Source: a virus
Lineage: Duplodnaviria > Caudoviricetes
DNA: 53,104 nucleotides
IMG/VR virus record: IMGVR_UViG_3300031787_000166
Coordinates: 1-53,104 of that record
Reading direction: 5' to 3' (one strand)
The position numbers and the translations under genes are program-made. The notes under the pieces are model-generated. The model searched no databases, was not told where the DNA came from, and saw only the letters and a list, made by a program, of their open reading frames with translations. Of the stretch, positions 1 through 8,615 are shown piece by piece (position 1 is the first letter of the stretch; the number at the start of each line of letters is the position of its first letter).

Positions 1-248
1 AGCGAAATCTCAGACAAATGGGGGCTTTCCCCCAACGATGCAGAAGCCGCCGAGGGGGCTTGCCGGGGGGTGGCCGCGCAGGGGGGCGCGAGTCGCCGTG
101 GTAAGTAGCCGATGACCCCCATAAGTGCCGTGTTTACAAGGGTTTACGTTTGAGATAAGCGTGAGGGTGTTGGCTCCAACGGTGAGCCACGTTCTATCCT
201 CTCACAAGGAGACAGTCATGTCGTTCAGCAAGGTTCAGTCGGCTGCCA
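1..248. repeat. Left copy of 248-bp terminal direct repeat (circular overlap or terminal redundancy)
   Basis: Matches 52857-53104 except A/G at 42 vs 52898 and A/G at 121 vs 52977. Confidence 0.97.
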
Positions 249-634
249 AGAAGGAGTTGTTTGGGGCACAGGTCGAGCGCATCGACCCGCTCGAACTGGT
301 CACCGACGCCAAGGGCGTCGTCAGCGGAGCGAACCTCCGCATCGACTTCGAGACGGGCGATGTCTGGGCTAGGGTCGGATGCCTCGACACCGTGGGAGAG
401 GCCGAGACTCTCCCCGCCTCGGGCAACATGCCCGCCAAGGTCGTGGACAAGTTGGGGGTGGTCGAAGACGGCGCCACCTTCATGGTGGACGCCGCGGCGA
501 CCCCCAACGAGAAGATGCACGGGATCTTCTCGATCTGGAGAGCCCCGAAGGGCTTCCTCGTGCAACTGGTGAGGCACAGCGGAGTTGCCGCCAAGGCGGC
601 TCCCGCCGCTCGCACCGCAGTCCTGAAGCGCTAA
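218..634 (+). CDS. Hypothetical early protein (138 aa)
   Basis: AAGGAG SD before ATG 218; followed by a strong terminator. Confidence 0.8.
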   Translation: MSFSKVQSAAKKELFGAQVERIDPLELVTDAKGVVSGANLRIDFETGDVWARVGCLDTVGEAETLPASGNMPAKVVDKLGVVEDGATFMVDAAATPNEKMHGIFSIWRAPKGFLVQLVRHSGVAAKAAPAARTAVLKR

Positions 635-651
635 GCGCTTCCGTCCCCTCG

Positions 652-695
652 AAGGGCAGGGCAGCCACGCGCTGCCTTGCCCTTTTTTTGTTTTT
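652..695 (+). terminator. Rho-independent terminator
   Basis: AAGGGCAGGGCAGC-cacgc-GCTGCCTTGCCCTT stem followed by a T-run. Confidence 0.85.
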
Positions 696-761
696 CTGTG
701 CCGAGCCGCGTTGGTTCGGCAACCCGCAATCCGCCCCTCAAGGGCAATCAGGAGACATGCC

Positions 762-1109
762 ATGTACGCCATCTGCTACACCACCACCCCCGTCAACCGC
801 GACTCCATCCGTGAGGAAATCGAGTGGTGCCTCAAGTACGGCACCTACAACGCGCCGCGCCCCTCCCCCCTCAATATCCTCGCCACCTCGCCCGACTACT
901 ACACGGCGGTGCGCATCTCCGCCTCCCTCGCCGAGCGCGAACAGCGCGACATCGAGGTGCGGTCTATGACCTTCAACAGCGGCATCTCCGACACCCCGCT
1001 GCACACCTCCGTGCCCACGCCCACCCCACTCCACGAGGAGATCGACGCCGCCCTCGACGCCTTCGACGGCGTCCCCGCCGACACCAAGGAGGGCTCGCAG
1101 ATCCGCTGA
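762..1109 (+). CDS. Hypothetical protein
   Basis: AGGAG SD; C-ending codon bias (MYAICYTTT...). Confidence 0.75.
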   Translation: MYAICYTTTPVNRDSIREEIEWCLKYGTYNAPRPSPLNILATSPDYYTAVRISASLAEREQRDIEVRSMTFNSGISDTPLHTSVPTPTPLHEEIDAALDAFDGVPADTKEGSQIR

Positions 1110-1272
1110 CCGCATCTTCCCCCCGCCCTCCCTCCCCTTGACGGGGGAGGCGAGGGTTTCCTCCACCTCGCCCCTGCTGCCCGACCCACGGGCAGTGGGG
1201 GTTTTCCTTTCACGATTGCCGCGAAGCACGGTGCGCGGCAATCCCAAACCAATCCCGTGCCGAGACACAGCA

Positions 1273-1869
1273 ATGGTCGCAGTCAAGAAGAACATCAAGT
1301 GCAAGATCAAGCCGGAAGACCTGCTCGCCGCGGTCGTCTGGAACCCCGGCGCTCCTCCGCTCAACATCGACCTTGGCCTCGCCGCCAAGGTCATCGAGAA
1401 GAAGCGCTCCAAGCGCACGGCCATGATCGACGAGCTCGTCGCGGAGGAGAAGGCCAAGGGACGGCCGGCGGAGCGGATCGTCGCCGCCATCATCTACGAC
1501 GCGGAGAAGGCTCCGAGGTCCACCAACCGCAAGCAACTCGCCGAACTCGGCGTCGAACTCCCAAAGGATGCGACGTGTCTCACCAACGAGGAGGTTCACC
1601 TCTTCCTGTGGCGCGTGATCAACGGGTTGGCGTTGCTCGGCATCTACCTGGTGGGCACCAACCATCTCAGCGACCGCAACCTTCTCGGTCTTCTCCTCAC
1701 CAGCATCATCGATGAGCAGATCCGCGATATCCCGCCGAACCCCGACGTGTCGGAGTTCATCGACCTGACGCCGTGCAAGACCTCGTCCGAAGATCTCGCC
1801 GTCTCCTTCCGCGACTCGCTGACCCCGCGTCCTAACCGCCCCCTGCCCACCGCCACCCCCACCGCTTGA
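1273..1869 (+). CDS. Hypothetical protein resembling an uncharacterised cellular bacterial family
   Basis: MVAVKKNIK...; motif LWRVINGLALLGIYLVGTNHLSDRNL. Confidence 0.75.
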   Translation: MVAVKKNIKCKIKPEDLLAAVVWNPGAPPLNIDLGLAAKVIEKKRSKRTAMIDELVAEEKAKGRPAERIVAAIIYDAEKAPRSTNRKQLAELGVELPKDATCLTNEEVHLFLWRVINGLALLGIYLVGTNHLSDRNLLGLLLTSIIDEQIRDIPPNPDVSEFIDLTPCKTSSEDLAVSFRDSLTPRPNRPLPTATPTA

Positions 1870-1885
1870 CTCACCGCCCATGTCT

Positions 1886-1925
1886 CCCCCCTCGCACCGA
1901 GTCGTTTGGTGCGGGGGGGTTTCTC
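1886..1925 (+). terminator. Intergenic stem-loop (terminator-like)
   Basis: CCCCCCTCGCACCGA-gtcgt-TTGGTGCGGGGGGG then TTTCTC. Confidence 0.6.
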
Positions 1926-1946
1926 ATTCACCCACTGGACAACACA

Positions 1947-2198
1947 ATGCGCTCCGACTTCGTCATCTTTGAGCCTCACCCGACCGACATCGACCGCGTC
2001 CGCGTCACCGTCAAGTGCGTGGACTGCAACAAGAACCACTCGTTCGACATGGACGAGGCCGCATTCTTCTCGGGGATGGAGAAGCGCCGCAACGGCGCGC
2101 TCATCCAAGTCGCCTTCCCAAACCTCGCACCTGAACACCGCGAGATGCTCGTCTCCCGAATCTGCCCATCGTGCTTCGACGCCGTCACCCCCGACTAA
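1947..2198 (+). CDS. Small zinc-ribbon protein
   Basis: CVDC...CPSC. Confidence 0.75.
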   Translation: MRSDFVIFEPHPTDIDRVRVTVKCVDCNKNHSFDMDEAAFFSGMEKRRNGALIQVAFPNLAPEHREMLVSRICPSCFDAVTPD

Positions 2199-2207
2199 GG
2201 GAAACCC

Positions 2208-2453
2208 ATGCCCAAGCCCAAGCTCAAGACCGCCATGCTCGACCGAGCCGACGTCCCCCCTCCCCCGCTGCATCTCTTCCGTCTCAGATGCACTTATCAA
2301 TCAACCCACGAAGGCGAGCCCCACTACATCGTCGGCACCTGCCGCGAGGCGGTCGCCGAACTGTGGTACAGCCTCAACATGCGGGACATGGAAGACCCGT
2401 GCGAACTGGTCATCGACCAGATCCGCAGCGCCGAGGAGTCGTACCCCGCATGA
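2208..2453 (+). CDS. Hypothetical protein
   Basis: Tightly packed ORF; ATGA overlap with next gene. Confidence 0.7.
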   Translation: MPKPKLKTAMLDRADVPPPPLHLFRLRCTYQSTHEGEPHYIVGTCREAVAELWYSLNMRDMEDPCELVIDQIRSAEESYPA

Positions 2454-2746
2454 ACCCGGCCCGCTACAAACCCGCAATGGCCTGCCCGTGGGGTCACATC
2501 GAATCCTCGCAGACCGTCGCTCCTGGCATCTACTTCGTGCAGACCGCAAGCCACGGCGGATACCGCCTCTTGCCCGAGGTCTACGCCCGCATGCCCCAGC
2601 ACCTCCGCGAGTACTCCTTCACCAAGGACCAGTGGTTCGAGCAGGACTGCTCGTGGTGCGCCGTCGTCCTCGCCTTCCCAGAACACTTCAGTCCGGCCTA
2701 CATCGAGGCCGCCCGCCAGACCGAGCAAAGGAACTACAAGCCATGA
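2450..2746 (+). CDS. DUF7007-like protein
   Basis: PWG...APGIYFVQTASHGG...WFEQDCSW signature. Confidence 0.75.
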   Translation: MNPARYKPAMACPWGHIESSQTVAPGIYFVQTASHGGYRLLPEVYARMPQHLREYSFTKDQWFEQDCSWCAVVLAFPEHFSPAYIEAARQTEQRNYKP

Positions 2747-3108
2747 AGCAAGCACACATCCGCATCGACATCGAACTGCCTCCCGACGCACCCGAACCCA
2801 TGGCGGACAGCATCAACCGCTATGTCCAATCCATGCTTCGTCTCGCCTATCCCACGCTCGGCTCCAACTGCTGGCTCGACGACATCACCGAGCCAACCAC
2901 CAATCCCGAGCCGGCCGCCACGCCGGTCGAGTGGAAGGTCTCGTGCATCGCCCTCGAGCATTGGACCCGCACCTTCCGCGTCAAGGCGGCGACCCCGAGC
3001 GACGCCATCCAGTACGCCATGGAGCACGGCATCATCCACCACGACGAGTTCATCGACACCGAATCCCTCTCCAACTGGAGCGCCAAGCGTTGCGACCCCC
3101 AGTCCTGA
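2743..3108 (+). CDS. Hypothetical protein
   Basis: ATGA-coupled, MKQAHIRID... Confidence 0.7.
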   Translation: MKQAHIRIDIELPPDAPEPMADSINRYVQSMLRLAYPTLGSNCWLDDITEPTTNPEPAATPVEWKVSCIALEHWTRTFRVKAATPSDAIQYAMEHGIIHHDEFIDTESLSNWSAKRCDPQS

Positions 3109-3155
3109 CCGTCACCCCTTTACAATCTTCCAACTCTGTGTAACATAGGAGACTC

Positions 3156-3410
3156 GTGTCCCAACCCAAACTCAACATCAACGACTTCGTCATCCTCTCA
3201 CCGCGCCGTGTCCGCCTCCTATCCGACACGGACATGACGCCCGACCGGTTCTACCTCGTCTCTGTCCTCGAGGACAAGGGCGACAACTTCGACTTCGAGA
3301 TCCTCGACTCCGGCCCGTGCGCCCTTGTCGAGGCCCTCGCCATATCCGGCTGCATGAAGGGGCAGCGGGTGTGGTTACCAGGAGATCCCTTCGGAGACAG
3401 CGACCAATGA
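3156..3410 (+). CDS. Hypothetical protein
   Basis: AGGAG SD with GTG start. Confidence 0.7.
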   Translation: MSQPKLNINDFVILSPRRVRLLSDTDMTPDRFYLVSVLEDKGDNFDFEILDSGPCALVEALAISGCMKGQRVWLPGDPFGDSDQ

Positions 3411-4228
3411 CATCTCTCATACTTCACGCCGGCGGCTACTCCGCCAGCCTCGCCGACGTCACCAACGTGGCGACCCCCCGTCCGACCGCATCGCACTTCC
3501 CCATCCCGCACCGCCTGTTCCTCGACACCGTGCTCGAGGCCCTCTCCTACCACGGCTACGCCGTGACCAGTCAGGAGCACGGGCTCATGGGCAAGGGCGG
3601 CGAGGACTACTTCGGAGTCATCACCCTCGACCGCACCTCGGCCGACGGCGACTACACCCACGTCCTCGGTCTCCGCAACTCGCACCGCATGAAGTTCTCA
3701 GCACAGGCCGTGCTCGGAACCCGCGTCTTCGTCTGCGACAACCTCGCCTTCCGCTCGTCGGACGCCGTGGTCAAGTTCAGCCGCAAGCACACGGCCTTCA
3801 TCCTCCGAGACTTCCCCCGCATCTGCATCGACAAGGTCGCCGAGCTCCCCGGCTACTTCGACTCGACCGAGCAGCAGATCTCCCGATGGAAGAACCTCTT
3901 CCTCGGCACCGACCCAGTCGAGGTGCGCAAGAACGCAGCCGACCTGTGCATGACCGCCCTCGTCAAGGGCGCCACCAACGGACGGCTCCTGCCCCGTGTC
4001 TGGCACGAGTTCACCCGTCCCGACGGACCCGGCGGACACAACGCCCTCAAGGGCGACACGGTGTGGTCCCTCTTCAACGCCTTCACCGAGGTCGAGAAGC
4101 ACACCGACTCGCCCGCCGAGTCGCAGCGCCGCACCGCCCGCCTCTCCTCCATCATCGACGGCACCTGCCGTGCGATCGACGAGGAGAACGAGGAGCGCTT
4201 CAACTTCCAAGGCTCCCTCTACACCTGA
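3407..4228 (+). CDS. DUF932/DUF945-family protein
   Basis: T.SH.PIPH, LGLRNSH, G.RVFVCDNLAF, RKHT, TVWSLFNAFTE motifs. Confidence 0.85.
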   Translation: MTSLILHAGGYSASLADVTNVATPRPTASHFPIPHRLFLDTVLEALSYHGYAVTSQEHGLMGKGGEDYFGVITLDRTSADGDYTHVLGLRNSHRMKFSAQAVLGTRVFVCDNLAFRSSDAVVKFSRKHTAFILRDFPRICIDKVAELPGYFDSTEQQISRWKNLFLGTDPVEVRKNAADLCMTALVKGATNGRLLPRVWHEFTRPDGPGGHNALKGDTVWSLFNAFTEVEKHTDSPAESQRRTARLSSIIDGTCRAIDEENEERFNFQGSLYT

Positions 4229-4250
4229 TCCCACGCCGCCCCCACAACGA

Positions 4251-4280
4251 CCCGCCGATGCGACCGGCGGGCCTCTTTCC
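4251..4280 (+). promoter_or_regulatory. Intergenic hairpin with ATGCGAC loop
   Basis: CCCGCCG-atgcgac-CGGCGGG followed by cctctttcc. Confidence 0.55.
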
Positions 4281-4304
4281 CATTCACACCCACCGAGACA
4301 ACCC

Positions 4305-4772
4305 ATGCGAGTCAACATCATCGACACCAAGATCGAGATCCCCCGCTCCCTCTTCCCCACGATCTGCCGACACCTGCGTACCTCCACCTTCCTCAATCCC
4401 CGCAACATGGGCGGCGGCCGCTATGGCAAGGACGGCAGGGAGGAATCGTGGTTCTCAGGGGTCAACATGCTGGAACTGAAGAAGCACCTCGAGGCCGACG
4501 ACCTGCCCGCCGTCCTCGAGGAGTTCGGTTTCGAGGTCTCCCTTCAGGTCAGCACCGGCTCCATCATCGACCTGATGTACGACAACAAGCGAGGCGACGA
4601 GGGCATCCTCTTCGACTACATCGCCCAGGTCCTGCCTAGAAAGCACACCGTCACATGGTCCGACAATGACGGCGACTTCTACCAATGGCAGATCAGCAAC
4701 AAGCAACTCCGCACCATCGACGGCGTCGTCACATTCCCCAGGCCCCGTTCCAAGAAGAAGAGGACCAAGTGA
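4305..4772 (+). CDS. Hypothetical protein
   Basis: MRVNIIDTK...; codon bias; GTGA overlap with next gene. Confidence 0.75.
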   Translation: MRVNIIDTKIEIPRSLFPTICRHLRTSTFLNPRNMGGGRYGKDGREESWFSGVNMLELKKHLEADDLPAVLEEFGFEVSLQVSTGSIIDLMYDNKRGDEGILFDYIAQVLPRKHTVTWSDNDGDFYQWQISNKQLRTIDGVVTFPRPRSKKKRTK

Positions 4773-5470
4773 ACTCCCCCCGATTCCTCCACCGCGGCGC
4801 CTCCTACCCCCTGCTCACGTGGACCAGCACGATGGATTGCTGGTCGTGGTCCCTGCCTGCCGGCAAGGACGGCTCGTGCCCGATGGAGTCCCGCGCGCCG
4901 GGCTCCATCTGCAACTCGTGCTACGCGCAGCAGAACCGCTACCGCTTCTCCAACGTCCGCAACGCACAGGCCGCCCGCCTCTCCTTCCTGAAGGAGTCGC
5001 CCTATGCCTGCGAGTGGGCACTCACCACCTTCCTTCAGGAGGAGCGCCCCATCTACTTCCGTGTCCACGACAGCGGCGACTTCCACACCATCGACGCCAT
5101 CCGCATGTGGACCCGCATCTGCACCGCCGCACCCGACACCAACTTCTGGTTCCCGACCCGCGGTTGGATCTTCCCCCACTGGTTGCCCGCCCTGCAGAAG
5201 CTCAACGAGCTGCCGCATGTCAGCGTCCGTCCGTCGGCCATCCACTTCGGCGACGCCCCGCCCTTCGGGCTCGGGCTCTCCGCCGGCACGATGTCCGCCG
5301 CCGAGCACCCGTTCTCCGTCATGTCCTGCCCCAAGTCCGTGAAACACACGACCTGCCTCACCGAGTCGTGCCGCCGCTGTTGGTCCAAGGACACCGCCGT
5401 CAACTACCTGCCCCACGGACGCCTTCTTCCCGACCGACCCGTGCCCCTCACCATCGGAGCCACTTCTTGA
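4769..5470 (+). CDS. GP88-like (Gene product 88) protein, Cys-containing, radical-SAM-like
   Basis: WSLPAG..SCP...GSICNSCYA, FRVHDSGDF, FWFPTR, C..C..CW. Confidence 0.75.
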   Translation: MNSPRFLHRGASYPLLTWTSTMDCWSWSLPAGKDGSCPMESRAPGSICNSCYAQQNRYRFSNVRNAQAARLSFLKESPYACEWALTTFLQEERPIYFRVHDSGDFHTIDAIRMWTRICTAAPDTNFWFPTRGWIFPHWLPALQKLNELPHVSVRPSAIHFGDAPPFGLGLSAGTMSAAEHPFSVMSCPKSVKHTTCLTESCRRCWSKDTAVNYLPHGRLLPDRPVPLTIGATS

Positions 5471-5862
5471 CCCGCCACCCGCCCGCCACCGTCGAGGTCA
5501 TCGACGTCGAGGTCGAGTCCAACACCATCTTCCTCCTCTGCCGTTGGAACAAGTCCGAAGACCGCTCCTCGTCCGTGGTCCTCGAGGGGTGGTTCGACCA
5601 CGATCGACACTGCGGAATCGACGGCGTCGTCACCGACATGGGCGACGACCTCATCGACCACCTGCCCGCCGAACTCTGCCGCATGGTCCTCCACTACTGC
5701 ATCGACTTCTTCGATGCGGAGCAGTGGCTCCGCGATCACCTCTCCGAGACCAACCAGGAGGAAGGGAAGATCTTCCGTTCCCCTCAACCGCCCGACCACG
5801 ACGCGCTCGCCAAGGAGCAGCGCATGCTCAACGAAGAAAGGAATCCCGATGCCAAAGCGTGA
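5467..5862 (+). CDS. Hypothetical protein
   Basis: TTGA-coupled start; coding-like 3' part of ORF 4666..5862. Confidence 0.65.
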   Translation: MTRHPPATVEVIDVEVESNTIFLLCRWNKSEDRSSSVVLEGWFDHDRHCGIDGVVTDMGDDLIDHLPAELCRMVLHYCIDFFDAEQWLRDHLSETNQEEGKIFRSPQPPDHDALAKEQRMLNEERNPDAKA

Positions 5863-5947
5863 ACCGTCCCTGGGGCGGTTCTTAAACCCAGCCACCCTCT
5901 ACTTCTTACTCGTCATCGTCCTCTTCCTCACACTCTGTTCAACCTGA
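5849..5947 (+). CDS. Small membrane peptide (32 aa)
   Basis: AAGGA SD; LYFLLVIVLFLTL hydrophobic segment. Confidence 0.5.
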   Translation: MPKREPSLGRFLNPATLYFLLVIVLFLTLCST

Positions 5948-5957
5948 GACACCAACC

Positions 5958-6596
5958 ATGCAAGACCACATCTCCGAATCCATCGCCTCCTCCGAGGCGC
6001 TCGCCTGCTCCCTGCGCGGCCTGATCAACACGATCCGCCGCGAGCACCCCGCCCCGCCCCCCGTCCCCGGCCTGACCACGGCGCGCTTCTGCGACCTGCT
6101 CACCCCGGACTGCGTCACACCCACCCACGAGGAGTCCAACCTGCTCGACCGCATCGAGCACCTCATCGACCGCCGCGTCGAGTCCGCCATCGCCGACAAG
6201 ATCCTGACCGAGCACCAGATCGACGACCTCTTCAAGGAGCGGGCCAAGGAACTCGAGGACACCTACTGGTTCGAGCGCATGGTCAACCGCATGATCGACA
6301 ACCGCACCGAGTCGATCGGCGAGGAACTGACGAACGACACCCAGTTCATCCGCTCCCTCGTGACCGAACTCAACAGCAACATCAACGAGGAGATCCGCGA
6401 CGGCATCAAGGCCGAGTACCAGTCGGGAGACTTCGACGACAAGGTCGAGGAGGTCTTCGTCGACAAGTTCATCCGGCTCCTCGACCAGCTCGACGAGGAG
6501 AGCCTCGACGCACTCGCCGCCGCCGTGCTCAAGCGCATCGAGCTCCGCCCCCGCAACTCCTCCGCCACCTTCACCCCCACCACCCCCGGCACCTGA
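5958..6596 (+). CDS. Acidic helical/coiled-coil hypothetical protein
   Basis: 212-aa ORF with strong codon bias. Confidence 0.8.
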   Translation: MQDHISESIASSEALACSLRGLINTIRREHPAPPPVPGLTTARFCDLLTPDCVTPTHEESNLLDRIEHLIDRRVESAIADKILTEHQIDDLFKERAKELEDTYWFERMVNRMIDNRTESIGEELTNDTQFIRSLVTELNSNINEEIRDGIKAEYQSGDFDDKVEEVFVDKFIRLLDQLDEESLDALAAAVLKRIELRPRNSSATFTPTTPGT

Positions 6597-6602
6597 ACCA
6601 CC

Positions 6603-6806
6603 ATGAAACTCCAACACGACCACGTCGCCCTCATCATCTCTTCAAAGGACCTGCCCCGCTACATCGACGCCATCACGGAGGGACATGCTTCCATCCGCCT
6701 TGTCCTGTCATCATCCAATGACAACGGGGAGATCGAACGACTGACCCGCGAGGCCAACCGCCTGAAGGAACTCCTCTTCCGCCTCGAGGACCTGAACCGC
6801 AAGTGA
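6603..6806 (+). CDS. Hypothetical protein
   Basis: Fills gap; coiled-coil C-terminus. Confidence 0.65.
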   Translation: MKLQHDHVALIISSKDLPRYIDAITEGHASIRLVLSSSNDNGEIERLTREANRLKELLFRLEDLNRK

Positions 6807-6813
6807 CCGCACC

Positions 6814-6840
6814 GAGGGGGCGATGCGACCGCCCCTCTCC
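6814..6840 (+). promoter_or_regulatory. Intergenic hairpin with ATGCGAC loop
   Basis: GAGGGGGCG-atgcgac-CGCCCCTC; same loop as the hairpin at 4251. Confidence 0.55.
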
Positions 6841-6862
6841 TCCGCCCCCACTGGAACCACAC

Positions 6863-7114
6863 ATGCCAAAGCCCGTCGACACCACCCACTACTACCGCAA
6901 CCACCTCTCTCCGCTCGTCGGCTGCCGCGTCATCGCCATCCTCGTCGACGGCGAGGACCCGTACGACCGCCCGTACATCGGCTACCATTTACACGACGAC
7001 AAGACTGGCAAGACCTACGAACTCGTCGCCCTCGCCGACCCCGAGGGCAACGGACCCGGCCACCTCGCCATCACCCTCCTCACCGCCTCCAACACACTGG
7101 ACACCACCCCATGA
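6863..7114 (+). CDS. Hypothetical phage protein
   Basis: MPKPVDTT...DPEGNGPGHL. Confidence 0.7.
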   Translation: MPKPVDTTHYYRNHLSPLVGCRVIAILVDGEDPYDRPYIGYHLHDDKTGKTYELVALADPEGNGPGHLAITLLTASNTLDTTP

Positions 7115-7380
7115 CCACCCCAAGCCAAGCGCACATCGAGGGCCAGCGACTCCTTCTCCAGATCGACGAGTCCGTCAAGGCTGCCCACGCCGCCCTCACC
7201 GACAACGAACTTGCGGCTCACCGTGCCGCCGCCGTCGGCGCCATGATCTGCCTCGCCCGAGGCAGGCCGGCCCTCGTGTCGCCCGAGATGATCGACGACT
7301 ATCTCCATGCGATGGACGACGTGATCACCCTCACCGCCCAGACCTTCGCCGACATCAAGGCGCGAAGGGAGAATGCATGA
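7111..7380 (+). CDS. Hypothetical protein
   Basis: ATGA-coupled at both ends. Confidence 0.7.
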   Translation: MTTPSQAHIEGQRLLLQIDESVKAAHAALTDNELAAHRAAAVGAMICLARGRPALVSPEMIDDYLHAMDDVITLTAQTFADIKARRENA

Positions 7381-7655
7381 AGCTCAAGACCTTCGACCCC
7401 AAACGCTGGACACACAACGTCCAGCTCGTCCGCCTCCCCTTCCCCCCGTTTCAGGACGACACGCACCACGAGAAGCTCGTCGCCTTCAACCGCGACCTCG
7501 AGGAACTGCTCGTCCGCCACGACCTCCCGCGCGACGTCTCCTACATTGGCTTCTACAGATCGAACGCCGACTGGGACAACGTGGAGTCCCTCTCCGCCTG
7601 CACCAACCACCCCACGCGCGGCAAGTCCGCAGAAGGAATCGACAATGAACCCTGA
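7377..7655 (+). CDS. Hypothetical protein
   Basis: GGAG SD; ATGA overlap. Confidence 0.7.
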   Translation: MKLKTFDPKRWTHNVQLVRLPFPPFQDDTHHEKLVAFNRDLEELLVRHDLPRDVSYIGFYRSNADWDNVESLSACTNHPTRGKSAEGIDNEP

Positions 7656-8040
7656 GACTGACCCCACCAAAGACATCGACATCGACGCGCTGTTTCAGGT
7701 GCTTGCCCATGTGAGAGGTACTTATGAACACCGCGCCACGCTGAACGCGCTCGTCGCGGAGCGGGACGGGCTGAAGCAGCGCGTGGCGGAACTGGAAGCG
7801 CACGCAGCGAAACTGCTTGGCGTGAACTATGACCTGCGTATTCGCCTCCAAGCAAACCCGCCCGCCGACCGCGACCGCGAACTGCGGGAGCGGCTGGTGT
7901 GCGCGGCGCTGACGGGGCTGCTTTCAAACACCAACTATGACAGCGACACGGACACTCCATCATCTTCGGCTGCGTGGAGTGTGGCATACGCGGACGCAAC
8001 GCTCGCCGCGATGCGGAAGGGGGAAGCCGATGGAAAGTGA
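7645..8040 (+). CDS. Hypothetical protein (mosaic cassette 1)
   Basis: Coiled coil plus C-terminal AALTGLL...AYADATLA phage motif; shifted codon usage. Confidence 0.7.
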   Translation: MNPETDPTKDIDIDALFQVLAHVRGTYEHRATLNALVAERDGLKQRVAELEAHAAKLLGVNYDLRIRLQANPPADRDRELRERLVCAALTGLLSNTNYDSDTDTPSSSAAWSVAYADATLAAMRKGEADGK

Positions 8041-8316
8041 CACGCCGAGGACGGATGCGAATGACTGGATCACGCAGGTCGCAAGCGTGAATCTGACGGG
8101 TCAAGATTGCGTCGAGGAGGAGCGCGTTGTCGATGCGGCCTTTGCGCGCAAACTTGAGCGCGAACTTGCCGCGATGCGCAAGCAGCGCGACGAGGCGGTA
8201 CTGGCGCTGAAGGAGATCGCGCATCAGGACTATCGTGGACACCCGTCTACGGAATCGCAGATTGCGATGAACGCCATCGCCGCGATGCGGAAGGGGGACG
8301 GCAATGGAAAGTGACA
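8003..8316 (+). repeat. 40-bp gene-junction direct repeat (8003-8042 and 8277-8316)
   Basis: TCGCCGCGATGCGGAAGGGGGA-n5-ATGGAAAGTGACA, 37/40 identical. Confidence 0.9.
8030..8314 (+). CDS. Hypothetical protein (mosaic cassette 2)
   Basis: MESDTPRTDA...FARKLEREL phage motif. Confidence 0.7.
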   Translation: MESDTPRTDANDWITQVASVNLTGQDCVEEERVVDAAFARKLERELAAMRKQRDEAVLALKEIAHQDYRGHPSTESQIAMNAIAAMRKGDGNGK

Positions 8317-8615
8317 TCGTCGATCGACTGCGAGGTGGGGCGACAAAGGATTACGGTTGCCAATGCCCCAAGTGCGAGGCCGCCGACGAGATCGAAAGCC
8401 TTCGCGCCGAACTCGCCGCCATGCGCCAGCAGCGCGACGAGGCGCACGGCTTGATTCGAAAATGGCGGCTCAACCTCGTCGATGTCGTCGAGGTTGGCGA
8501 TTACATGGACGCCATGACTTCTGAGGCGCGCATCAGCATGAACGACGCCGACAAGCGCGCGTTCCTCGCGGCAACGACGGCATGGATGGGAGACAAGGAA
8601 GGGGGTGGCGCGTGA
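8304..8615 (+). CDS. Hypothetical protein (mosaic cassette 3)
   Basis: MESDIVDRLR...EAADEIESLR phage motif. Confidence 0.7.
   Translation: MESDIVDRLRGGATKDYGCQCPKCEAADEIESLRAELAAMRQQRDEAHGLIRKWRLNLVDVVEVGDYMDAMTSEARISMNDADKRAFLAATTAWMGDKEGGGA

Noticed and set aside
3119-3146. Sigma70-like TTTACA-N16-TAACAT promoter
   Set aside because: The SD lies immediately after the -10 and would not be transcribed; too weak to call.
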